This document shows positions 10,034-18,892 of a stretch of 30,977 nucleotides of DNA, piece by piece (positions within the stretch are counted from its first letter, which is position 1; the number at the start of each line of letters is the position of its first letter). The position numbers and the translations under genes were made by a program. The DNA comes from Bdellovibrionales bacterium. GTDB taxonomy: Bacteria > Bdellovibrionota > Bdellovibrionia > Bdellovibrionales > JAMPXM01. The DNA is taken from contig JAYUEN010000470.1 in the NCBI GenBank assembly GCA_043739185.1, positions 1-30,977 of the forward strand. The letters run 5' to 3'. A model generated the notes under the pieces. It did not search any database. It was not told where the DNA came from and saw only the letters and a program-made list of their open reading frames with translations.

Positions 10034-10726
10034 ATGAGTACTGCAAGTGATCTACTCTTTCAAAAATTCGAAGCTGTAAAGTCAAATATTGACCGCGAGG
10101 CGGTTTTTAAAGAGCTTGGTAAAAACGCGACTTCGATAGCCGCCGTGACCGATGACGAACTGACTTTCTTTTTCAAAATGAATCGGGTCGAATCTCAGAC
10201 TCTGTTTATGACTCCGGTTGAATCTCCAAGAAATTTGATAATGAATGAAAATGGCTTTTTGTTTTTTTCAATCTCAAGCGGTCAATACGCCCTTCGCGGC
10301 CCCCTCAAACCTTCTCAAGATGGATTGATTTGTTTTTCAATGAGCAATGAATTGCGAAGACTACAGAGAAGAACTAATTTTCGCGTTTCAACTATTGGCA
10401 CCAAGACTTTAAAGGTAAAAATTCCTGAATTTAATTCTAAAATAAAAAATGTTCAATTTGAGGTTCAAGACATTAGCGCTGGTGGTTTAACCATTTATGT
10501 TTCAGATGCAAAAATATTAAATTTGCAGTTTGGAGCAAGCTTTATTTGTGAGCTCAGTCACCCTTCAAGATCAGTTGAAAATCTGAAAGCCAGCATTCGC
10601 CATATTGATCAAGTTGAAAATGGCCAAAAGCTGGGAATTGAATTTCTAAATCTCAGCAAAGATCAAATGCAAGATCTCCTGGCTCTTTCGCTTCAAATGC
10701 ACCGCGAATCAAAAAGTAGTTTCTGA
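10034..10726 (+). CDS. PilZ-domain c-di-GMP receptor (YcgR-like architecture)
   Basis: RxxxR motif (QRRTNFR), DxSxxG motif (DISAGG) and C-terminal GIEF. Confidence 0.9.
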   Translation: MSTASDLLFQKFEAVKSNIDREAVFKELGKNATSIAAVTDDELTFFFKMNRVESQTLFMTPVESPRNLIMNENGFLFFSISSGQYALRGPLKPSQDGLICFSMSNELRRLQRRTNFRVSTIGTKTLKVKIPEFNSKIKNVQFEVQDISAGGLTIYVSDAKILNLQFGASFICELSHPSRSVENLKASIRHIDQVENGQKLGIEFLNLSKDQMQDLLALSLQMHRESKSSF

Positions 10727-10727
10727 T

Positions 10728-12119
10728 TCAGCGTTTTGACTGTGGAGCACCATCTGAACACGGACCAAAACTTCTAATAAGGGCTGCCGCTTTTTTCTGG
10801 CCAGGTTGACCCAGGTGCATGGTTTGCCAGTAGTTACCCTTCCAAAATACATTGTGCGAAGAATTGACCGGCTGACTTGAATACCAATTGAGCATATCAA
10901 GACCACAGCTTACGTTGCGGGCTCCATCATAAACATCAATGCTTTTTCTGCCGCAAACTCCACCGCAATAAATATTAGTTTTACCTAAATCAAGTTGCCA
11001 CAAGCCAGCCGCGGTTCCGTAAGTACCTTGCGTATGAATGTGGGGATTGCATGAACTCTCTTCCATGGCAATTGCGGCCGCAAACCAAACCCAAAAGTTT
11101 CGCTTGGTATCTTCATTAAAACTTGAATACTTTGGGCAAACTAAATTAGGAACATCCGTCGGCGGACCATCAAAGAGTACGTTATCAACATTTGATGTAT
11201 TGTGATTATAAATATAAAGTCCCCATGGACCATAGTTTCCGTTGGCATCAATAAAGTCTTCGCAATCGGTTGACCATTTTGGTCCAGGAACAATTCCCTG
11301 AGCACTTCGAGGAAGAGTCACCGCCGCTGGCATGCGATCCTGAGTCAAGGGTCGATATGAGCTAAATTCTTGACCGTTTCCGCCCCAAGCATTTAAACCG
11401 TTTCGTAGCACTTTAATTTTATAAATCAAAGATGCTGGCTTACCGGGCAAGAGCTGACCCGCTCGATCAAAGATTTGGAGTTCATTTCCCGCAGCATCCA
11501 TCAACATTATATTCTGACGTTCCCGAGAAAGATTTGGGCGATATTGCAACCAAAGATCTTCAGTATAAGAACTGTCGCCAATCAAATCAATTTGGACCTG
11601 AATCATATAGCGCACATCTTGCGTAAAACCCTCAGGATTTGCGCCGTGGCTCACAAGATGAAAACTTTGCGGAATAACTCGACCTTCGGTTCCCTTTGCT
11701 AAAAGGCTTACCGGAAAATCAAATGGTCTTTTTGCCAAATGAAATCTTGCAAGCATTCGACCATAAGTTTTCAGTTTGTTCCACTCGGCTCTTTCGATTT
11801 CAGCAAGTTGCTCAAGTTTTTCAAGATCGGCCTCTTTTATATCGGCCCAATGTTGGTGAGCACTTTCAGAAATTTTATGTTCTTCAAGTTTTATTTCTTG
11901 CGCGAGATGCTTTCCGAGCTCTTTACGTTTTTCAGAAGCAAGTCTAAAGTTTCTCCAGTCGTATTCTAAAACGCGCTCAAAAGATTCTTTGGCTTCACGA
12001 TGCATTTCCTTCCAGGTCATTCCCGGCTTGAAACTTTCAGCCTTTAAAAAGGGAGCAGACACAGTTCCTAGAATTAGGGCGCCAAATATACATTTCTTTA
12101 TCGCACCAAACTTAGCCAT
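10728..12119 (-). CDS. Secreted protein with a C-terminal lytic transglycosylase (SLT/lysozyme-like) domain
   Basis: Signal peptide, catalytic-type AIAMEESSCNP, AAGLWQL and NVSCG. The N-terminal ~270 aa were not recognised. Confidence 0.7.
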   Translation of the reverse strand: MAKFGAIKKCIFGALILGTVSAPFLKAESFKPGMTWKEMHREAKESFERVLEYDWRNFRLASEKRKELGKHLAQEIKLEEHKISESAHQHWADIKEADLEKLEQLAEIERAEWNKLKTYGRMLARFHLAKRPFDFPVSLLAKGTEGRVIPQSFHLVSHGANPEGFTQDVRYMIQVQIDLIGDSSYTEDLWLQYRPNLSRERQNIMLMDAAGNELQIFDRAGQLLPGKPASLIYKIKVLRNGLNAWGGNGQEFSSYRPLTQDRMPAAVTLPRSAQGIVPGPKWSTDCEDFIDANGNYGPWGLYIYNHNTSNVDNVLFDGPPTDVPNLVCPKYSSFNEDTKRNFWVWFAAAIAMEESSCNPHIHTQGTYGTAAGLWQLDLGKTNIYCGGVCGRKSIDVYDGARNVSCGLDMLNWYSSQPVNSSHNVFWKGNYWQTMHLGQPGQKKAAALIRSFGPCSDGAPQSKR

Positions 12120-12309
12120 TGAAAATCTCCGAGTGATTTTGATTTTAACTTAGATTGCAGCTTTTGCGCCTGAGTTAGCAGCTCCTTTAGATGATGGCCT
12201 CGCTTGGTATTTCACAGTGCATTCACATAGATATATGGTAAAATTAAAGTCTGTGATCAGCACATTTTGGAGGCTGCTTCGTTGAACTTTTGGTCACTGG
12301 TGACGGAAA

Positions 12310-12413
12310 CCGAAATGTACCTGCTTAGTTTTGGAGGCGCATTGCGTTTAAGGTATTCTAAAATGAATCTGACTTACGCAAAGCGCCTCCAAAACTAAGC
12401 AGGTACATTTCGG
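12310..12413. repeat. 104-bp inverted-repeat element (MITE/REP-like)
   Basis: 12310-12340 is the exact reverse complement of 12383-12413 (31 bp). The arms extend to 38 bp with one mismatch around a 28-bp spacer. Confidence 0.9.
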
Positions 12414-13582
12414 CAGGAATTTCTTGAATTTACAAAGAGTGGAGTTTGATTGAATGGGAGCTCTAATACGAAGCAAGTATTCGGCGAGCCAGATTTATAG
12501 CTAAGAGATCCGTTGTGGCCCTTTGCAATTCCTTTCGAAATGCTAAGACCCAAGCCGCTTCCCATTCCAAAATCCTTGGTTGTGAAAAAAGGCTCCATGA
12601 GTCGTTCGACAATATGTGGAGCAATGCCACAGCCACTATCAGTAAAAAGGATCTGTACTGAATTTTCGCAAATCACAGATTCAATTTCAATCCATCGGTC
12701 CTTTAAATCTGAAATCGCATCAATAGAGTTTCCTAAAAGGTTCACAAAAATTTGCGAAATCTCAGTTGGTCGACATAAAATTTGAATATCTTGAGAACAC
12801 TTCATGCGAAGTTCAATCTTGGCCAATTTGAATCGGTCCATACAAAATGAAAGGCTCTCTTCAAGGATTTGAAAAACATTACTACTTTGAAACTGAGCGT
12901 TTCCGGCTTCTCGCGAGAAAGTTCTAAGGCCAGCAATGATTTTTGCAATTCTTAGACAGGAATTTGAAATAGAACTAAGCCCCTCTACTATTTTTTCATT
13001 TTCGATTTTACCTGCAACAATTCGGTTCATTAAAATTTCGGCTTTTCCTGAAATGACGGTCAAGGGATTATTGATTTCATGAGCAATACCTGCTGCCATT
13101 TTACCTAGTGAAGCTAATTTTGCGGAAGAGACCAAATCGGCTTGTGCTTTTTTCAGGGCTTGCTCGCCCTCTTTGAGTTCGGTAATGTTTTCGATAACAA
13201 GGATTTTAGTTGGGCTACTCGAAGCTGAGGCCTCGGTGACGTCATCTGAAATATTAAAGTCAAAATTGATTTCTTGCCCATCAAGTAAGGCCCGTGCCCC
13301 ATCAATACCTCTAAGAAAAAAACTGATGTGCTTTTTTGGAATTGAATTTTTATCTTTGAACTCAACTAAAATATTTTCAAGACCATGAGTATGAGTCTTA
13401 AGCTGAGCAAGCTCCATGATCCCGGCCGCACCTTTTAAATTGTGAAAACTTCTGAATACTTTATCATAAGTTGTTCGAAACTCGGCACCGCCGTCGAGAG
13501 CCAAGAGACTGGTTTCGGCGACATCTAATAATTCTCTTGATTCTGATTTAAATTCTTCAATCTCTTCTTCAGAAAATGACAT
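12395..13582 (-). CDS. Cytoplasmic histidine kinase with an N-terminal Hpt domain (Hpt-HisKA-HATPase_c)
   Basis: Hpt motif FRSFHNLKGAAG, H-box AHEINNPL, N-box NLLGNS, DSGCGI, FFTTK and GSGLGL. ATG at 13582 lies 7 nt after AAGGA. Confidence 0.88.
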   Translation of the reverse strand: MSFSEEEIEEFKSESRELLDVAETSLLALDGGAEFRTTYDKVFRSFHNLKGAAGIMELAQLKTHTHGLENILVEFKDKNSIPKKHISFFLRGIDGARALLDGQEINFDFNISDDVTEASASSSPTKILVIENITELKEGEQALKKAQADLVSSAKLASLGKMAAGIAHEINNPLTVISGKAEILMNRIVAGKIENEKIVEGLSSISNSCLRIAKIIAGLRTFSREAGNAQFQSSNVFQILEESLSFCMDRFKLAKIELRMKCSQDIQILCRPTEISQIFVNLLGNSIDAISDLKDRWIEIESVICENSVQILFTDSGCGIAPHIVERLMEPFFTTKDFGMGSGLGLSISKGIAKGHNGSLSYKSGSPNTCFVLELPFNQTPLFVNSRNSCRNVPA

Positions 13583-13977
13583 TAGCAAATCCTTTGCATG
13601 GCTGACATTGAGCTGAGTATTTGACTATCGCTGTTTGATTTTTTTTCAATTCTCATTGCACCAGATTTTTCGGCTAAGTACGACCGGCAAAAGAGCTGGA
13701 AAATGACAATTAATATTAATTTAATAAAATTGACCAATAGCTGGTCCATAATATTGAAATCGCTATTTGGGCTTGATCAACTTGCTCAGAATGAATTTGG
13801 AATGGATTTTACTTATATATTTTAACTTTGCTGATTGAACTTTGTGAAAATATTTTCTCAAAACGAAATTCAAGGTCTTGTGTCTAAACACGATCTTTAA
13901 AAAGATTCGGGCTTTCAGATTGAGACCTGGGCTCGTGATAATGAAGCACTTATTTAGATTTAGTAAAAGTCAGAATA

Positions 13978-14844
13978 CTAAGCGCCGCCGTCCCCACCAC
14001 CAAAGTAGCAAGAAGGATCTGTAGGACTCAACACTTGATCAACTTGGCAGAATGCGGCTCCATTTGGCGTCCAAATTCCGGCCGCATTACAGGTAATATA
14101 ATACGGAGAGGTGAATTGAAAGTTCGATACACCTTGGCCAGCATTTAGAAAGACATTGCTTGTTGAGCATGCCACAACTGAACCCGCACTTGCCGACGCA
14201 TTAAAAACGGTTGCAACATTTAATGGATTACCCATGCCAACTTGAACTCCGTTTGTACAAAAGAGGCGAACAGCACAGACAAAACTTGCGTTGACGGGAC
14301 TACAATTTGCGACGGGAGTTGGTGTTGGTGCAGGTGTTGGTGTCGGTGCAGGTGTTGGTGTTGGTGCAGGCGTTGGTGTTGGTGCAGGCGTTGGTGTTGG
14401 TGTCGCCCCAATCACTCCAATATTAACTTGAATACTTGAAGCTATGGCACCCGTTGCATCCTTAATAGTAACTGAAATCGTGCCTGATGAAGAAAAGGCA
14501 ATTGAGCAAGGTATACTTTGCAAGGCTGAATGGATTGGAACTCCGCTTGCACACGCAGAGTTTCCATTTGATGTATAAATGAAGGTAAAATCATATGGTG
14601 CTACTCCTCCAATGACAACGGCCGTAATGGTTTGGTTCACACCTGCATTTACATTTAATATGGGCGCACTCAAATTAACTGCCATTGACTGACCATTTCC
14701 GGTTAAAACCGGAACTACAGTGCTCGAATTTTTTGAAGAGGCTTGATTCCAGGCTGAAGCGCCGCCATCAGACTGGGCGCAGTTTTGAAAAACAAAGAAA
14801 CTTGCAAAAATCGATGTGAGTAAGACGATTTTAATGTTTTTCAT
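13978..14844 (-). CDS. FQNC-signal exported protein: Ig-like region, PTPTPA linker, Cys-rich C-terminal domain
   Basis: Signal peptide ending VFQNC, a GG.APY.F beta-strand motif, the repeat linker and ITCNAAGIWTP. Confidence 0.8.
   Translation of the reverse strand: MKNIKIVLLTSIFASFFVFQNCAQSDGGASAWNQASSKNSSTVVPVLTGNGQSMAVNLSAPILNVNAGVNQTITAVVIGGVAPYDFTFIYTSNGNSACASGVPIHSALQSIPCSIAFSSSGTISVTIKDATGAIASSIQVNIGVIGATPTPTPAPTPTPAPTPTPAPTPTPAPTPTPVANCSPVNASFVCAVRLFCTNGVQVGMGNPLNVATVFNASASAGSVVACSTSNVFLNAGQGVSNFQFTSPYYITCNAAGIWTPNGAAFCQVDQVLSPTDPSCYFGGGDGGA
14314..14403 (-). repeat. 18-bp coding tandem repeat, about 5 copies (PTPTPA)
   Basis: GGTGTTGGTGCAGG(T/C)GTT-type units with synonymous variation. 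Confidence 0.9.
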
Positions 14845-14995
14845 TTTAAACCCCGTTCTTTTCTTTTGAACTCTGACATTATATTACCTTGAAACTGCAA
14901 GTGTTTGGCCATTACAAATCAATCAGGTGCCGTCCTTGAGCCCCTTGCTGATCAAAGTTTTTACTCGTATCTAAGTACTCGACAAGAAATGAAAA

Positions 14996-15008
14996 TCTCA
15001 TTTTGAGA
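14996..15008. promoter_or_regulatory. Palindromic site TCTCA-N3-TGAGA, one of the best copies of a recurrent intergenic motif
   Basis: Perfect arms in a divergent intergenic region. Related copies at 6401-6415, 13912-13926, 18748-18762 and 18778-18792. Confidence 0.45.
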
Positions 15009-15206
15009 CATCTTCGACATAAACACTTGCATCGCAGTCGAAAAACTTAATTTCCGCATATCTCATATCTACTCAACGGCAAAATCTCAATTCGCCTTGA
15101 ATCAATTTGTCTCAGGTTGCGGACCATCGTCTGGCCAAATTATATTATTTTTGAGATCCCTATCGAATCCCCTTTCAAGACTTTAGATTTAAAGTAAAAT
15201 TCAACT

Positions 15207-16505
15207 ATGAAATTGATTATTCTCGCTGCCTTTGATCTTTTCCTTACTTTCTCCATTTTGCATTTGAACCCTTTTCTTTTTTCAAAACATTTGCTGTGGA
15301 GCCGAGATGAGCTAGGTTCGCGCCCGATTCCTGTTTTTTCCCCTCTTATAAGTGCCCAAGGCCACGTTGCACATTTCATTTACAGAAATTCAAGCTCACG
15401 CCACGGCTTTGAAAAGCTTGCTATCAATTTAAAATTAAAAAAGGCATGGCAAACAGAAGGCCTTAATTTCGGAGCTCATACCGCAAGTAAATCCTCGCCC
15501 GCAATTGATCAAGACGGTATTTTTGTCGGTGGCGACATGAATTCATTTTCGGCCTTTGATTTTCAAGGTCATTTAATTTGGCAATTTCATCTTGAATATA
15601 CCGCGCGTGGAGTACATGGGACCGCCGCACTTGATGAACATTTTGTTTACTTTGGCGCCTACAATGGACGCTTTTACTGCTTAGATAAAAAAACTGGAAG
15701 GGTTCAATGGGTGATACGTCTTGGTGATAGCATTGGCTCCTCCCCCCTACTTTACAAAGATGAACTCTATATCAGTGTTGAGACATTCACTCCACCAAAT
15801 GGCTATGTCGTTAAGCTCAAAGCAAGTGATGGTAGTATGGTCTGGAAATCCCAGCTCCTAGGCGAACAAGCGCATTCATCAGTTGCCTTAGAAGAAGAGA
15901 GCGGCCTCGCTTTTGTAGGGGCCAATAGCAAAAAGCTTTTCGCAATTGATTCAAAGTCCGGCAATTTCATATGGCAAAAAGATGTGGATGGCGAAGTCAA
16001 ATCCACTCCGGCAGTTCACCAACACATCGTATATGTAACCGACCGTGGTGGTTTTTTGTCCGCATTTCAAACCTCAACAGGAAATCTTCTCTGGAAAACT
16101 CATATCTCTAGTGACCTTAAAACAGACAAAGGTTCGCAATCATGCCCCACAATCTTTGAGCGTGAAAAGATGATCGTTACTGCAAGTCTTTCAGGACTTA
16201 TTGTTGGAGTTCGAATGAGTGATGGCAAAATACTTTGGCAAAAACAAAGTAGCCACAATAGTGGTTTGAAGACGAGCGCCACCGGTACTTTGCAGGAAAA
16301 TAGCTCTTCTTCATTGGCCTGGATCGAATGCGATCACTTTGAAATCTGCGCGCTCAACCCAAGAAACGGAAAGGTTTTAACGCGAATTAAAACGGATGCG
16401 CCCATTTCAGGGAGCCTTGAATTTTTCGATGGCGCAATGTATTTTGCAACGGATCCGCAGCTCGAACGGAATTTAGCGGGGACTCTTTTAAAGCTGGAGT
16501 ACTAG
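15207..16505 (+). CDS. PQQ-like (BamB-type repeat) beta-propeller protein
   Basis: Repeated S[ST]P.....vy.G...G..ya.D..TG...W units, e.g. YCLDKKTGRVQW, AIDSKSGNFIW and AFQTSTGNLLW. Hydrophobic N-terminus. Confidence 0.85.
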   Translation: MKLIILAAFDLFLTFSILHLNPFLFSKHLLWSRDELGSRPIPVFSPLISAQGHVAHFIYRNSSSRHGFEKLAINLKLKKAWQTEGLNFGAHTASKSSPAIDQDGIFVGGDMNSFSAFDFQGHLIWQFHLEYTARGVHGTAALDEHFVYFGAYNGRFYCLDKKTGRVQWVIRLGDSIGSSPLLYKDELYISVETFTPPNGYVVKLKASDGSMVWKSQLLGEQAHSSVALEEESGLAFVGANSKKLFAIDSKSGNFIWQKDVDGEVKSTPAVHQHIVYVTDRGGFLSAFQTSTGNLLWKTHISSDLKTDKGSQSCPTIFEREKMIVTASLSGLIVGVRMSDGKILWQKQSSHNSGLKTSATGTLQENSSSSLAWIECDHFEICALNPRNGKVLTRIKTDAPISGSLEFFDGAMYFATDPQLERNLAGTLLKLEY

Positions 16506-16562
16506 ACTGTACAAAAAGTTAAATTTCGTTGTTTTTATTGGTTTATGTTAAGTTTTTACAGT

Positions 16563-17774
16563 CTAGTGTGCCGGTTTATGAATGCCACCTGCGACGTCAA
16601 TCCAAGACTTCGATTTGCAAAAATCTCTAATTTCAATGATTTTCTGAAAACTTGCATCACTGGTTCTTTTGGCTGTGAGCCCAAGATCAAGATCTATAAA
16701 ATCAGGACGATTTTTTTCACTTCGGCAGTAAGTTGATGCTTCAGCGAAGATCACCAAAGGATCGCAATTGATTCGTACCCCAAGTTGATTGAGACTTTTT
16801 CGAGGAGCTTCTCTGATTTGCCCATTTTGATACTTTAAAAAAATAAAATCATCACATTGAACATTTGCATCGAGCATATTGAGAGAAAACATCCGTCCCT
16901 CTCCCGTTAAGGCAGAGTCTCCGGAATAAAAAAACGGCGGCAATTGTAGAATAACAAACGCTGCTAAGAAGACCATACTCGGCTTATTGAGACTCAAGAT
17001 ATTCATTTTAATTTCATTGAAGTTCAATTCGAAATTTCTTACAAAAATATAAACTGTAAGCAAACAAGCCATAATAGCTGGATAAAAAATTCCGACAATA
17101 AAATAAGAAAAAAAGTGAAAGCAAAACAGTTGCATAAATGTAAACCAAAAAATGAGGCGCTTTTTAGAAAGCAGCCCCCACACCATTAGCATTTCGAGAA
17201 ATGGGACATAAGCACAGAGCCACTCGAGTAATTTTGCGGAAAGTGCGATCGGCTTTGTGAAACTAACGCTCGATAGCCACTCCACATTGAATTTGAGAAT
17301 GCCAGCAAAGAAATAAAAAAGAGGGATCAGAAAGAACGTGGTGCGAATCTTATCAGGAAAAAACAAATAAGCTATGCTCACCCAAAGTGGCATATAGTGA
17401 TAATTTCCCATGAAACGATAATCTTGAAAAAAAATAAATAATTTAAAAAAAAATAGAAAAAGCAAAAGTGGATACGCATAGGAATTAAAGGCTTTTATAA
17501 GAAAAGCAAGAAAACAAGTCAGAGCAAGAACTCCGTAAATTCCGAGGATTGCATGCACCATCAAGTCCGATGCAAATGTGTATTTATAGCACTGCGAATA
17601 AATTGGCCAGCAGACACGAAAAGGATCGCGCAAATATTTTAAAAGTAAATTCCCATTATTCGTCCAAAACCAAAAACTAAAAACATGGGTAAGCGCCAAA
17701 GCAGAGCCAAAGTATTTTAAACTTCGACTTGCCAATATTTCTTGAATGGAGTTTTGAAGGTAGCGCTCAAGCAT
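16563..17774 (-). CDS. HTTM / vitamin K-dependent gamma-carboxylase-like integral membrane protein
   Basis: Multiple TM segments with NYHYM, YFFAGILK...EWL, FH and GEGRMFSLNM, resembling the HTTM/VKGC motifs N.H.Y, Y..AG..K...W and EG..FSW.MM. Confidence 0.65.
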   Translation of the reverse strand: MLERYLQNSIQEILASRSLKYFGSALALTHVFSFWFWTNNGNLLLKYLRDPFRVCWPIYSQCYKYTFASDLMVHAILGIYGVLALTCFLAFLIKAFNSYAYPLLLFLFFFKLFIFFQDYRFMGNYHYMPLWVSIAYLFFPDKIRTTFFLIPLFYFFAGILKFNVEWLSSVSFTKPIALSAKLLEWLCAYVPFLEMLMVWGLLSKKRLIFWFTFMQLFCFHFFSYFIVGIFYPAIMACLLTVYIFVRNFELNFNEIKMNILSLNKPSMVFLAAFVILQLPPFFYSGDSALTGEGRMFSLNMLDANVQCDDFIFLKYQNGQIREAPRKSLNQLGVRINCDPLVIFAEASTYCRSEKNRPDFIDLDLGLTAKRTSDASFQKIIEIRDFCKSKSWIDVAGGIHKPAH

Positions 17775-17955
17775 TCTCTAAGTAGAATTGAATACAGTGG
17801 CTTCGTCAAATGCCGGCCCTTGTCAGCGTTTATGCAACCAGCCCCGACGAATGTCCAAGTTAAGGTCCGGCGGCGTCTTTCCAACAAGCGAACAGAATTG
17901 ACCTCCATAAAAAAATCTATGACAATTTTTCAAAGTCATGTTGAGGAGGTAGCGA

Positions 17956-18714
17956 GTGAGAATTCAGACCATTACGATTGATAATTTTTATCCTGACCCC
18001 ATGCGAGTTCGCGAATTTGCGCTATCGGTTGGTTGGCACCAACCATATCAGAAGGACAACGGGAATATTAAAACTAATACTGCTCAAAAAGCTGATAAGA
18101 CCTGGTTGACCACAAATAAAGTCGATATAGCGCCGACGATTTTCCATTCTGACAAAATGATTTCTGTACTTGAATCAGTCACGGGCGACGATATCGACCG
18201 GCAAGCCTGGAAAGAAAGACCAACCCGTTGGAATGGATTATTTCATGTAAAAACCCATGACCAATTCGAATCCTGTCTTGATAGTGACTATAATCCACAC
18301 CAACACGCAGGTATCCACTCTCATACAATTGACAACTCCAATTCAACGGGCGCCGATGGTTGGGCAGGCATCATTTATCTAAATCCCAATGCTGCCCCAG
18401 CAGCTGGACTTACCACTTGGCGCCCCAAAACTGTCGTTGAAGATAGCTTCTGGACAATCCATTTTACCCACGAAAACTTTGAAAAAATTGATACAATTGG
18501 CAACACATTTAACCGATTGATTCTGGCACGCGGGGATATTTGGCATTCGGGCGCAGCGGGTTGGGGTGATTCACTGAGTACTGGTCGAATGTTTCAAACA
18601 TTTTTCTTTCGTAGTCTGGGGCCCTCCAAAGTCAAAAAAGATTTCAAACTCACGTCTGACGATTTACCACAGCCTAAAAAACCAGAGTTGTCAGTAGTCT
18701 CCAAAAGCATTTGA
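17956..18714 (+). CDS. Fe(II)/2-oxoglutarate-dependent oxygenase-like protein (DUF6445-like)
   Basis: IDNFYPDP..VR.FAL, WAGIIYLNP, FNRLIL.RG..WHS and GR..QTFF. Strong GAGGAGGT RBS before the GTG. Confidence 0.8.
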   Translation: MRIQTITIDNFYPDPMRVREFALSVGWHQPYQKDNGNIKTNTAQKADKTWLTTNKVDIAPTIFHSDKMISVLESVTGDDIDRQAWKERPTRWNGLFHVKTHDQFESCLDSDYNPHQHAGIHSHTIDNSNSTGADGWAGIIYLNPNAAPAAGLTTWRPKTVVEDSFWTIHFTHENFEKIDTIGNTFNRLILARGDIWHSGAAGWGDSLSTGRMFQTFFFRSLGPSKVKKDFKLTSDDLPQPKKPELSVVSKSI

Positions 18715-18797
18715 TTCGGTTCTAGGAAGTGTACGCCCCCCGCGATTGTCTCAAAATGATTAGTGCCTCATTATAGCGCCTCGTTTTGAGAAGTTGC

Positions 18798-18825
18798 TTT
18801 AGAATGAAAACTTTCTGTCCGATGA
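18798..18825 (+). promoter_or_regulatory. Putative sigma-28-type promoter for the tandem-domain FQNC protein
   Basis: TTTAG-N15-TCCGATGA. Shares TTTAGAAT-N12-TCCGAT with the site at 2044-2071. Confidence 0.45.
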
Positions 18826-18892
18826 GTATCTGTTCTATTTAGATACTTTTTGAAATGAATTCCGAAAGCAAAGAATTCGAAGGGGAATAATT

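Noticed and set aside
12370..12400. ACGCAAAGC...CCTCC resembling part of a c-di-GMP-I riboswitch
   Set aside because: The upstream GGCAAAC/GAAA-tetraloop stem is missing, it is on the wrong strand for the flanking genes, and it is explained by the inverted repeat.
12395..13582. cheA
   Set aside because: It has a HisKA H-box and class I ATPase motifs, lacks P2 and CheW domains, and has no che genes nearby.
14220..14439. His/Gln-rich and Cys/Trp/Arg-rich short ORFs
   Set aside because: These are shadow frames of the PTPTPA repeat.
15207..16505. bamB or a PQQ dehydrogenase
   Set aside because: There is no lipobox and no typical bamB gene context, and it is short for a quinoprotein dehydrogenase. 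Only the generic propeller repeats are supported.
17717..17981. Short ORFs in the divergent HTTM/oxygenase gap as precursor peptides
   Set aside because: They overlap real gene starts and show no leader or core pattern.
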